Positions 53,500 through 64,000 of a DNA stretch of 64,000 nt are shown here, in pieces. The notes under the pieces are model-generated. The model did not search any database. It saw only the letters and a program-made list of their open reading frames with translations, and was not told where the DNA came from. Each line of letters opens with the position of its first letter. The first letter of the stretch is position 1. Both the position numbers and the translations under genes were made by a program. Source of the DNA: Diplonema japonicum (taxonomy: Eukaryota > Protista > Euglenozoa: Diplonemea); assembly GCA_964019335.1 (NCBI GenBank), contig OZ025651.1, forward strand, positions 248,001-312,000. The letters are read 5' to 3'.

Positions 53500-56400
53500 T
53501 TGTTGCTGCGCGGCTGCAGCCGACATCTGTGAACGAAGCTGCGCGACGGTTTCAGGGGACAGAGAGGGCATCAGATTCTTGAACATGGTCTGGAACTTTT
53601 GCACGACCTCCATGAGGCACCTCCCCAGCGACAGCGCACGCGACACGCTCTTCGTCGCACCTGTGCTGAGAGCAGCGATGGCTGCAGAGACCACCGGCTG
53701 CATCTCTGCCTCGTCCAAGTAGCATGCTTGCAGGGCAAACACCGACATGATCAGCAGCTTCGCTCCCCCTATAACGACGGTCGTGGCCTCCTGCGATTCC
53801 CCCTCGTCACTAGACACCACAGCGCCGCCTATAGCAACACCCAGCAAGCAGACGTCTTTGACGCCGTTCTTGAACACGTCCTCCTTCGCGATCTGCACCA
53901 CGCCTGTCATTCCTTCAATCATGTCCTTCATCTCGACGGGCGACTTGTCGAGTGTTTCACAGGCACATGCTTCCAGAACGCTATTCGCCCCCCTGGTGAT
54001 ACTGATGTATGCCGTGTGCGCCAGGCCTAGCACGTACCACGCCACAGCCCCCGAAGGAGGGCTGCTGCCGAAGGTTCCAATGAACGCCAGCAGGCACTCC
54101 AAGGTGTCCACAGACTGCTGCTCGTCGCACAGCTTTCTGAACAGCTCAGTGGCGATGGTTTTGCTCGCTGCCAGCAGCTCGGTGTTTACTGACAATAGAG
54201 AACGCTTGATAGCCTCGAGCAGGAACGGCAAGAATGCGGGACCAGCGGATGTGAGGGACTTCATACAAGAGATAGCTGGCTGAGGAGAAGCAGAGTCGAC
54301 TGCGAGCTGAGCAGTGCCTGCAAATGAAGAGAAGCACGTGTCGCATCTGCTGAGCAAGGCAGCCACTGTGCGAGACAAAATGGCACTAATATCCGACGCG
54401 ACAGGTTGCTGCTGCGACTGGTGGAGCAGGAGCAGCAAGCACTTCACAAGGATTGCATGTTCCGTTGCTGATAAGCTCATGCTCCTCTCGTGCAAGACAT
54501 ATGCAAGAGCTCCCGTCTTCTCGCCGGCAACTACACCATTTTCCAAGCTCTTCTGCACGGCACCAAGGATAGCACCTGTCTTGCCCTTCTCAGCATCTTG
54601 CAGCATCTGTACTGCAAGTCCCGTGATGAGGTCACCTTGAGTGGTATCGCTGGATGCTATGCACAGCAGGCTGTATGCTTCCGTCTGTAGTTGCTTCGAG
54701 AACATACATTGACAACATACCTTGTAGTACGGCAGCAGCATCATCTGCGGTGCTTGCCGCGTTCTATCGATCAACGTCCACCCGCTCAGCATCCCTGACA
54801 AGATACCCAGCTGCCGCAGCATCCCAGCGGCCTTTGATCGAAGCTGTATTGTCGTGGGGCAAAGACATCACGACATACCCCTTGTATATCAATGGTTGAA
54901 TCTTCTTTGGTGCCCTCACGCAAGAAATTCAGCACAGCTAGAGGTAAGGATTGATTAGAAGCAGCTAATGTTGAGAGTAACCGGGGAGCCATGGCGCCGT
55001 CTTCCCGTTGTGCCTGTGTGAAGATGGAAGTAGGGAACACAATATACCTGCAGTGCTGTTGCAGCTTCTACAATTTTGCAAACGCTTGAGATCAGTCCCA
55101 GCTTTGCAAGCTCGTCGGTAGTGTGCTCGTTGTACCGCTTGGCAAGAACGGCGATCTGCAGCGGTGTGGTGTGAAATATGTGACATACCAAGCCGGTCAT
55201 AGAAGCGACGGGCATGATGTGGCTGTTGATCAACTGCGAAGCAAGATCAGCAGCGGCAGCCCGCACTGCACCATGGTTTGTGGGCTCAAGTCCTTGTCGC
55301 ACGGAGGAAGTGAGCTGAGCCTGGAAGTTGACGAGGATGGAGTTCTGCTTGAGGGAAGGGTCGAGCGTTTCGTCGCGGTAGTCATGAGTGGAGTCCTGTA
55401 TATCTTGGAAGAGGTTCACAATGCACTCAAGGCAGTGAAGGCCATGTGCACTCAGTGACGCGCATAGACTGTCAGATGAAGCGACGAGACTGATCTTGTG
55501 CAACCTATCCAGGTGCTTTATCAGCCACGTACCGGCTGGTTGCGCACAATCTTGCAGATCCTTCAGCAATGTCCATAGCAACTTCGTTGCCACTGCCTTG
55601 GTGACCATCCTGGAGGGCGTCTTTTCGGCAGTGGGTGACGGAGTGGGTGAAACCGACACACTCTCCTCTTCGTCTTCATCGTCTCTGCTTGTGGGTTCCA
55701 TGTCTTCTGCAATACGTAACTTTTGCGTCACTTGCTGCTCTACTTCTTCTATCCACTCGATGGCGCGCGACCTTGCCTGCTCATCGGCGGGATTGCTGAG
55801 AAGCTGTTTCGACGTGTCTTTCAGTATGATCATCGCCGACTCGTACAGCATGCTACTAAGGTCACCTCCTTGCCTGCTCCCCACAGCGTCTATCAAGTGA
55901 AACAGGTGGCGTGGTCCGAGTTCATGTGCAGCACTCTCGCTGTCGTGGCTGCAGATTATTTGAGTCAGTTCACACAGAACACTGAAGTCCTTGCTAATCA
56001 TAGCGTCACCCTGAGGAGTATCCAGGCTATTCAGTTCATTGATGGCCTCCCCCAGCATCGCGGACACATTGATTCGCAGCTTCTTAACGGCGCCGGTCTT
56101 GATAAGATGCGATAGGACGCGTCTAAACTCGGACTTCACAAGTCTGTTGCTCGAAGCGAGTCCCTGCAGAAGGATGAGTCGAGCAACCTTCACCACCTGC
56201 GTCGCAGGGTCCAACTCGACGCCTAGGGAGTCTGTTACACCCTTCACAACGCGGCCTAAGGTCAGCATGTAGGCTGTCTCCGTGTTTACCTCCGACATGT
56301 CACTGCTGACTGCTGCCTTCGTGATTATCTTCTCTGCCGCTACAGACATAGCTACCGATGCGCACGGAACGAGGCCCTGGCCAGCCGATTCGGCAACCCT

Positions 56401-59352
56401 TGCGAGTGCCGTCATCACATAAGGGATAGACGACACAGTTGGCTCTGTACTTTTGCTTTTTTGCAACGTATCACCGCACCTGGCCAGTTTCATGAGATAC
56501 GAAAAGCTCAAACTGAGGATGTCTGCCCTTCCTTGCGGATCGTGTGCATGAAGGGCACCCATGCAGTGCGCCAAGGCTGCAGCTTCCGCGCCCTTGGCCT
56601 TGGCCAGTGAGCTGGCAAGGTAGGTGTCCACAGGGTCATCCATCTTCCCTGCTAAACCTGCCGCAATGCCGATTATCTCAGCACCAGCGCATCGCGTCAA
56701 GTTGCATGCCGTCGGGAAAACCACCTTCGCAAGGATGATAGCGTCCTTCACAATCTGTTTCAAGTCGCTGTCGTCACTCCAGTACACCTCCTTGCATGCG
56801 TGATGCTTGGAAGCAGTCGTAAGCGCAGCAAGAACAGCAGATGCGATGTTTAACTGCGTCTTCTTCAGCTTGCTGCTGACCTTGTTGTATTTGTCGACAG
56901 TGCTTTGCATGTTTACACGCATTTTTTCCATGACACTTTTTTTGTTCCCTTTGCCTTGCCGTGCGAAGACGACGCTGAAACAGCTGATGGCGCTATTCAG
57001 GAGCTCGTTTACCACAGGCAGCCTCCAACGCTCGTGCATCAATGGTCCTTCGTTGGGCACAACAGGGTGGCTCACAACCTGGAACCAATCACTGACCTCG
57101 CAGGGGATCAGGTCTATCGTGTCCAACGTTTGAATAACATCGGGCGTCAGGGAGTGCGGGCTGATGATCACTGGGGGCAGGGCGTCTTTAAGTTGTGTGG
57201 GCAGCAACGTAGACGCAACCTGTAACTGAGAAAGCACGCTAATAGTGCCCACACAAGCTTTCATCACTGCTACGTAAAGGGATGCGCTCGTGCTCTGTTG
57301 CGGCAGGAGCCGAACAACCTCGTAAGCCAACATGCGTGATCTGCACAAGATCCCCTCCAGTCTATCGTCAGTCCAGCTGATAGACTTGTGGTAAAGAACC
57401 TCAACGGTGTTTTCCAAAGCAGGCACGAGGTCGGCATGGAGGGAGTTCGCTAAGGACTGCACCGAGCTCCCACTCGAATGTGCAAACCTCAGCACTGCTA
57501 AGAGCGCCATCAGCGCACTGCTCTTTGACCGGAACACAACACATGCCTCCTTTGCTGACGATGGTATATCACGCCCCTTAAGCACCATAGACAGCTTTTG
57601 GGTAAAGGGAACTAAGGACTCTTTGAGTCCCTTGAAGCCACAGCAGCACGCAAGGCATGTTTCGAGCAAGCAAGCCAGCTCTAGCTTGAGCTGGGGGTCG
57701 ATGGGAACTGTGCCTTTGGGGCCTTTCTTAGTGTCTTGCTGGGCTGTATAAGGGGGCTGTGGGAAGGCTACGCTGCAGAGCTCGGTTAGCTGAAGCTTCA
57801 TGGACTGGTTGGCCTTCAAACTGTCGCGGGGAAGGATGGAGAGGAGGCAAGTCGCAGCGCCGAACATGCTCCTGATGGCCTCGTGGTCGCATGGCGTGCC
57901 AACGGCGCACAACGCATTACCCGAATGGTGGATCAAGACGCTTATGAAGAGCTGGCAATCTGTGTCATGCAGCGTGGGTACCAAGGAGCACAGCGTGGTC
58001 ATGGCAAGGGCGCAGTCCACGCGCTGCCTCATGATACCCGTGGCTGCACCGCATGCAAGAAGTGCTCGAGAGATCTCTTCGTGTAGATGCTCAACTGCCT
58101 CAGCGCCGAGCTGCATCATCAAGTCAGGGAGGCAGTACAGGCACGCAAGAGGGATGGCGTCCAGCTTTTCCCTGTCGGCGGGCTTTGCCGCTATTTTTGC
58201 TGTGAGTTCTTGCAGAATCATGATTCTGGCCTGCTCACTGCCGCAAGCACCTGCCCAAGAGCTGATAGCCGCCCCTACGCATCTAGCAGCGTGCAGCACC
58301 TCTGCGTCAGTCGCCCCCGTCAATGGGCTCTTGCCGCTCGCGTCGCTACATAAGAAGCTGAGAAGTTGAGAAGTCATTTCCTTCGGTGCTGCGATGGCTG
58401 CCTGTCCGCATTTCTGCAGGAACAATGAAGCTGTAGCAGCGGCCGCTTCCCTCATTGTAGCGGGGGGCGTGAAGTGCTGTCGCAGGTGGAGCATGCCCTG
58501 AGAAAGGCCGCCAACATTCGCCTTCTTCTTCGAGCTCAGAATGGACTTCTTGGTCTTCTCCTTTCCCCGACCGTAGCGGTGTTTGTCAAACCCTGCATGC
58601 AAAATCCTGGCCAAGGCTTCCGTCGCCGCTGCACGTGCCGCTGGGTGGGTGTCGGATAGCCCCTTGTAGCATGACTCGGTGAGTGTGTCGCTGAATACGG
58701 CAGCGTAGCCAATGCATTTGTAGCCAGAAGTACGGACACTGGGGTCTTTGTCCTTGACAGCCTTGGAGCACTGTTTGAAACATTTATGATCACTCTTGAG
58801 ACCTTGGGCGGTGCCGATGACAGCGGGGAGAGACACTGCCAGACAGGAAGTGATAACATTCATGATACTGACGCGGGAGAGCCAATCCGGGTACTTATCT
58901 ATGGAGGGGAGTACGGCACAGAGGGAGTCGAGGTGTTTGGAGCCGATAGTGCCTGCAAGGCCGCGCTCTTGGATGGAAAAGAAGACGCCATGGATGACCT
59001 GACACGTGGTGTTCAGAACGGCTGGGTTGGAGCTGTTGCTGCCAGTGCTCAACACGTCAAGGAGTGCCTGATACCCTGCTGTCGTGGTCCCAACGTCTAA
59101 CCAGTTCCACATGTGGAATAGCACCTTCTTCAGCGACTGTGCTGCTCCAAACGAAGTTCCTTTCTTTAGCAGCTCCACTCCGGCTTTCAACACGTGCTGC
59201 TGCACCCTTGCGCATTCCGGCTGGCTCCCGTTCTCTAACGCGTCAGAAAGCTCGTCCAACGCACACACCAAGTTCAAGTCGTTGCCCACATCGCTTTTTT
59301 CGTTTACCTTCTTCGTCACTCGCTGTGCCGCCTCCTCCACAGACACACTCAT
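53419..59352 (-). CDS. HEAT repeat-containing protein 5 (HEATR5/Laa1/SWEETIE-like); introns 55156-55188, 55014-55047, 54844-54878, 54685-54720
   Basis: All-helical HEAT repeats; ILVNFQAQLTSSVR resembles the HEATR5 LLEQYQAQ..SAL motif; three ORFs join in frame via GT-AG micro-introns (ALQ|AQRED, IDIQG|LRSKAAG); C-terminal polyQ. Confidence 0.75.
53463..53508 (-). repeat. CAG/CAA polyglutamine tract (~15 Q)
   Basis: Direct reading of the tgc/tgt run on the + strand. Confidence 0.9.
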
Positions 59353-59481
59353 GGTCCTCTTGTGTACTCTGTGGTGAGTGTTATAAAACTTGACAAAACT
59401 TTGACAACATAGAGCACTTGAATTTGCCGGTCGGTACTGGTATTAAAAAAAATCCGGAATTGTTTTTTCTCCCCCCCCAAG

Positions 59482-60081
59482 TTAGTAGCAAGTCGGAAGA
59501 TCGCCAATACAATACCCTGGGTCCGCCTTACAAGTGGCGGTGGCGGGGTCCCAGAGGCATTCCTTGCGAATGGTACAAGAAGATCCATCCTGCAAACTGC
59601 ATTGTGTGTCGGTGGTGTCCCACAAAGTGAAATGCCTTGCGATTCCTGAAGGGCGTATGGTGTTGATGGAGGAAGGGGCCGCAGTAAAGAAGAAAAGTTG
59701 TGCGGGGACAGGAGTGCCAGGTGTTGTGGGGTGGTAGGTAGGAGTGCACGCTAAGGGCTTCCAGTCAAGTAGCGGTAGAATCACCAGAAGGTTACCTTCT
59801 TCGGCTGTTTCACAGTGTTCCTCTGGACACTCCCACAGTGCTGCCATGAACCTGCAGCTCACTTCACGCTCCTCACAGACAAGATCGATTTTCCCCACTG
59901 GGTCCTCCCCAGGTACGTAGCCGGTGGTACCATTGCCGTACTCAGGCAGCCCTTCCCATTCACCTGCACTCCCCGCTACCCTTTCCCCCCACACTACTTC
60001 TTCAAGGAAGCCAGTGGCCTGCACCCGTTTGTGTGCAGTGTTGGAACAAGTAATGGAACAAAGCAGTGTAAATAAAGCCAT
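59482..60081 (-). CDS. Small secreted cysteine-rich protein
   Basis: MALFTLLCSITCSNTA signal-like start right after a long T tract; C-terminal Cys cluster. Confidence 0.65.
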   Translation of the reverse strand: MALFTLLCSITCSNTAHKRVQATGFLEEVVWGERVAGSAGEWEGLPEYGNGTTGYVPGEDPVGKIDLVCEEREVSCRFMAALWECPEEHCETAEEGNLLVILPLLDWKPLACTPTYHPTTPGTPVPAQLFFFTAAPSSINTIRPSGIARHFTLWDTTDTQCSLQDGSSCTIRKECLWDPATATCKADPGYCIGDLPTCY

Positions 60082-60083
60082 TT

Positions 60084-60119
<36 letters not shown>

Positions 60120-60912
60120 ATTGTTTTATAAACCTGAGAAAACTGAAATTGAAAGAAATGGCCAACGGCTCAAAAGATATTTAAAAAAAAGGGTTTCTTG
60201 TTATTAAAATAGTTAAAAAGGGTGCCGGGAGGGAAGGGACATGGAAACGCCCGTCAAAAAAAAAAAAAAAAGAATATAAAAATAGCTAGATGACGAAGGG
60301 GTTAACTAGGGTGAACTCAAAGTCAAAAAGAAATATATGAGTTAAAAGAAGTCTTTGTGAGACGCCCTTTTGTTCTCACCTTCTAAGAAAAGAAAAAAGA
60401 GGAAAGAAAGGACGAAATCCTACTTGAAGGACAGCCTCTTTGGTGCGGTGTGCAGAGGGTGTGTAAATAGAAAGAAGGAAGAAAAACTCGATAAAATTTT
60501 CAGTGTGCATGGGTACTCACTGTTGTAGGGGGGGAAAGAATTCACTATGATAGGAACGTAGTGGTTAGCAACGGCCCACCGTGGTGGCGTGCCTACCTTA
60601 TGATGCACCCCTTTTGGGGTCGTTCCCTGCTACCCACCGTAGTGCCTAGCTGTCGTTCATATCTTCCAATCCTTTCTTTCCGATAATCTTCTCTCAGTCC
60701 TTTCAGCTTGGTCGCCGTCAGCCCCGACGCAAACAGGGCCCAAAAAAAAAAAAAAAAAAGAGACATTTAAGGGTACCTGCGGTATGTGGCAGGACGCCTG
60801 AAAAAAGAGAAGTTAAAAAACAAAAGTTAAGGAGAAGAATAATGAGTTTCTTTCTTTCTTTCTTTTTTAACGCCCTTTTTTAAGCTGAAAAACTTTTTTT
60901 TTTTTACGAACA

Positions 60913-62070
60913 TTACACAGTGCCAGTGTGGCGGTACTTCGCCAAGCACAACCCTACAATGACCGACACCAATAGTACATAAGCCATCGCAAGCTTCGTT
61001 TTCAGCAGCTCCTTCCCTTGCGTGAAGTACAACACGTACCGCTGCCGCCTTCTATGCGCTTCCATCATCTTACTAGCCTCTTGAACAGCGGCTTCCTTAG
61101 TAATCTGAAGGAAAGGATAGGTAGGGGATATGCCACAGTAAGGTGCAAAGAGACCATCCACATCTTCGGAAAGAGACAGAAATTCCGAGACCCATTTGAG
61201 ATAGTTTTGTTTATCATGCTTGATGAGAAGATACGCGGCGACGGAGTAGCAAAGAGCGTCCTCTCTGGAGAGGATATTTTTCAATCGTAGAACAGTGTCG
61301 GTGCTGGGCAGGGATTTCGACAGGATGGCAAGCTCTGCAGGGAGGTAACACCTCCCGGAATGCTCGGCCAGTGCGGGTGAGATAACCGCAGCCGTGTGGT
61401 CCCGTAGGTAAATGGCCACAATGTTGTTCTTCTTGCATAGTTTGGAGAGGTTCAGATTGGTCGCCGAACGAGCGTTGTCCGTGTGGAAGGCCTCGAAGTC
61501 GTCCATCATGGCATACAAATCGTCTTTTGTTGGAACGAACTGAATGCAGTACTTCCACTCCACCCCCAGCATGTCCTTTTCACAGGGTTTTCCAGAATGT
61601 TGGATACACAATGCCTTTTCCATGAGTTTTAAAGCGGCGGTTGTGAGGAATGCGGACCTGAATGGTAGCATGAGGTCGCGCATCCACTCTGCGGAGTCGG
61701 GTTCTGCGAGTTTTGGGTTTTTCGAGGTGATTCCCTTGAGTAAGGCTTCCTTGTTCTCCCCCCCTCTTGCTGTGTCGTGGATGAAGTTGTTTACATCGCT
61801 CGGGCACCATTGGGTCGCAAAGCCACGTTCAGGGAGAACCATTGTGGCCGTCATCCTCCATACTCTCTGGTTGAAGACTTCCATCTCCATGACCTTGTCG
61901 AAGGTTTCGCCCACAACGCCGCCGACGCCGCTTTGTTCCTGGCCCCATCTTCGGAAAGCCTTGCGGGCTTCACGTTTTGCACCATCGGTGTCCAACCAGA
62001 GGAGTTTTAGTTTTTCCCGTTTGTCTTCTGACACCGCTTTCAGTGCGTTGGTCATTGAGGCGTTTTCCAT
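60913..62070 (-). CDS. Hypothetical tail-anchored membrane protein
   Basis: 385-codon ORF from MENASMTNAL; single C-terminal TM LAMAYVLLVSVIVGLCLAKY; the upstream extension in the track is low-complexity tract. Confidence 0.75.
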   Translation of the reverse strand: MENASMTNALKAVSEDKREKLKLLWLDTDGAKREARKAFRRWGQEQSGVGGVVGETFDKVMEMEVFNQRVWRMTATMVLPERGFATQWCPSDVNNFIHDTARGGENKEALLKGITSKNPKLAEPDSAEWMRDLMLPFRSAFLTTAALKLMEKALCIQHSGKPCEKDMLGVEWKYCIQFVPTKDDLYAMMDDFEAFHTDNARSATNLNLSKLCKKNNIVAIYLRDHTAAVISPALAEHSGRCYLPAELAILSKSLPSTDTVLRLKNILSREDALCYSVAAYLLIKHDKQNYLKWVSEFLSLSEDVDGLFAPYCGISPTYPFLQITKEAAVQEASKMMEAHRRRQRYVLYFTQGKELLKTKLAMAYVLLVSVIVGLCLAKYRHTGTV

Positions 62071-62844
62071 TTTTTTCTTTTTTTTTTTTTGTTGTATGTG
62101 TGGGTCAGACTTCTTTTCTTGCATTGGGGTGTTAAGGAAAAAGAGAGAGAGAAAAAAAGATTTTAAGAAAGAGAGGGAGAGAAAATAGAATAAAAAAAAA
62201 AAGAAATAGCCGAACAAGAGAAAAGAGAGAGAGAGAGAGAGAGAGAAAAAGAAATAGTTATACCAGTGTGGAGAGTTCTTTTTTTTTTTTGCGCGAATTA
62301 TTTTCTAATCCCCCCCTCTTTTCCTTCAAGTATTCGCACATGTTGGACACCCGAGGCCAAGCTGGTGGGGTGGGTGGGTAAATGGGTGGGAAATCAGGCT
62401 TTCAGATCAGCTAGCGGAACTACGGAGCCCGAGCCCGATCCGATTCAAAGGGCGCTTCTCCCCCCCATCCCCCCCTCCCCCATACGCGGGGTGTAATCTA
62501 ATGTAAGTGTATTTATTTTCTTGTCTAGTGCTACAAAAGGTGCATGTATGCCACCCCAACCTGAAATGGTCTGTTGCAGTTTAAAAATCGAAGTTTTGTT
62601 GTAATTTTTGGTTGTTGTTTTTTTTTTGCATGAAATTGTTTAGTGCTAAAAAGAGTAGTGGTAGCATTGTTGGGCTTATCCTTCTACAGGTTAATCCCCC
62701 CGGCTGTGCGTAAACAATTTTCTTTTTTTTTGGGGGGGGAAATAAAAGCATCTTTGCCTCCCCTTTTTTTTTTCTTAAAAAAAAGGAGTTTTTTTTTTGG
62801 GAAGGGAAATGCTCTACTGACACATCTCACGAATATTACGAATA

Positions 62845-62880
<36 letters not shown>

Positions 62881-62882
62881 AA

Positions 62883-62989
62883 ACTAGTTTGGCGCTTCAT
62901 TTGTTTGTGCGAACGAGCGGGATTTAACCTAATAAAATAGCTCATTACGCTGCCATCAACTAGTCTTTAGTCTCGACAATAATATTGTT
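62883..62989. repeat. Dispersed ~106-bp inverted-repeat element, copy B
   Basis: actagtttggcgcttcatttgt...aaaatagctcattacgc...aactagt...ttagtctcgacaataatattgtt; homologous to 48818-48923. Confidence 0.85.
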
Positions 62990-64000
62990 TAAAAAAAAAA
63001 ATCACTTAGGAAATATCAAGTCAAGGGGTTGGGGGAGAAAGGTGAAAAAGGCTCGAAGATTCGGCCATTTTTGCTTTCTCTCTCTTTTTTTCTTCTTCCT
63101 TTTTATTCCTCGTTCCTTCTTCATTCCCCTATAGAATGATCCAAGTTATCCTTTTTTTTTTTTTTAATTCCACAACGTAGCAACACCGTCCTGTTTTTTT
63201 TCTTCCTTTATTCTCATTACCAAACCTAAAAAGTGGGAATTTCAAATACCACTTTCAGAAAAAAATCAGCAGCACCGTGCTTCTTTGCACGATACGTGGG
63301 ACCTCGTGCAAAAAAGTACGAAACCTGAGTACTAAATAAACCCCCCGCACTCTGTACTGCAGACTCAAAACAAATTAAAACAAAATCCTTTGGCATAAGG
63401 GGGGGGGGGGGAGGTGAATTTGTACTCAAAAAGAAAATATTATCGAAGACGAAAGCCGTGCCCCCCCCTTTATTCCCCGCTGCTTCCTTCTTTTTTAAAA
63501 AGGGGGCCCGAGGCCGCCCACCTTCGTCAGAAGGGGGCACTTCAAAAGAAAGAGTATTGGAAATTTAACCCCCCCCATATCCCTTACCCTCCTTTTCATT
63601 CGTTTTGTTTTTTGTTTTTTCCCCCTCACTTTCCAAGGGGGGGGGGGGGGGGGGTGAAATGACCCTAGAGAACAAACGACCCCTTTAAAAAAAAAGAGGA
63701 GTGGATGTAAAGATAAGGAAATTGAATGCCTTAAAAGAAGGGGGCATGGGGGGGGGGGGTAAAAGGAAAAAAATCGATATAAAATAATTATTTTCTCTAG
63801 TTTTTTCTCTTCGATATCTTCACCCCCCCCCCCTCTTTTTTGCTAATTTTGTAGAGATGTAAGTTTTAAGCTTTAAAAGGGCTTTAATTGTGTAAAAAGC
63901 GAAGGTAGGACGAGCGCCCTTTAGCTTCTATGCTTATTATTTTTTTTTTTGTCCTTTGCTTTACAGATATTTTACAACTACAAAATTCCGTTGTCCGAGT

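Noticed and set aside
60776-60795. 13-nt match cctgcggtatgtg shared with ~51739
   Set aside because: Matches of this length are expected by chance in 64 kb.
62200-64000. Short ORFs in the A/T/G homopolymer-rich right end and at 34955-35723
   Set aside because: Low-complexity intergenic sequence giving Lys/Phe-run translations.

Overview
Eukaryotic, euglenozoan-like (most consistent with a diplonemid) genomic window. Every credible gene is on the minus strand in one directional cluster, mostly preceded by pyrimidine tracts plus AG (trans-splice-acceptor-like), and several genes also carry tiny GT-AG cis introns (32-48 nt). The left 34.6 kb is a single apparently uninterrupted minus-strand ORF that the ORF track does not list because it runs off the window edge (ATG at 34640, at least 11,546 codons). 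It encodes a giant secreted or surface protein: signal peptide, roughly 30 divergent ~145-aa beta-rich repeats, a Thr/Pro/Ser mucin-like stalk, then laminin-EGF/Cys-rich modules. The right half holds a membrane adenylate cyclase, a Pro/Glu-rich protein, a SpoU methylase, two membrane proteins, a GT54 glycosyltransferase, a degenerate FAD monooxygenase, three tandem intron-containing RPS29 (uS14) genes that lack 3 of the 4 zinc-ligand cysteines, a bacterial-type dimethylformamidase-like protein, a nucleotide-sugar transporter, HEATR5 and two unknown proteins. Non-coding signals include a ~106-bp inverted-repeat element present twice 14 kb apart and three structured intergenic islands. All family calls come from motifs recognised by eye; no searches were run.
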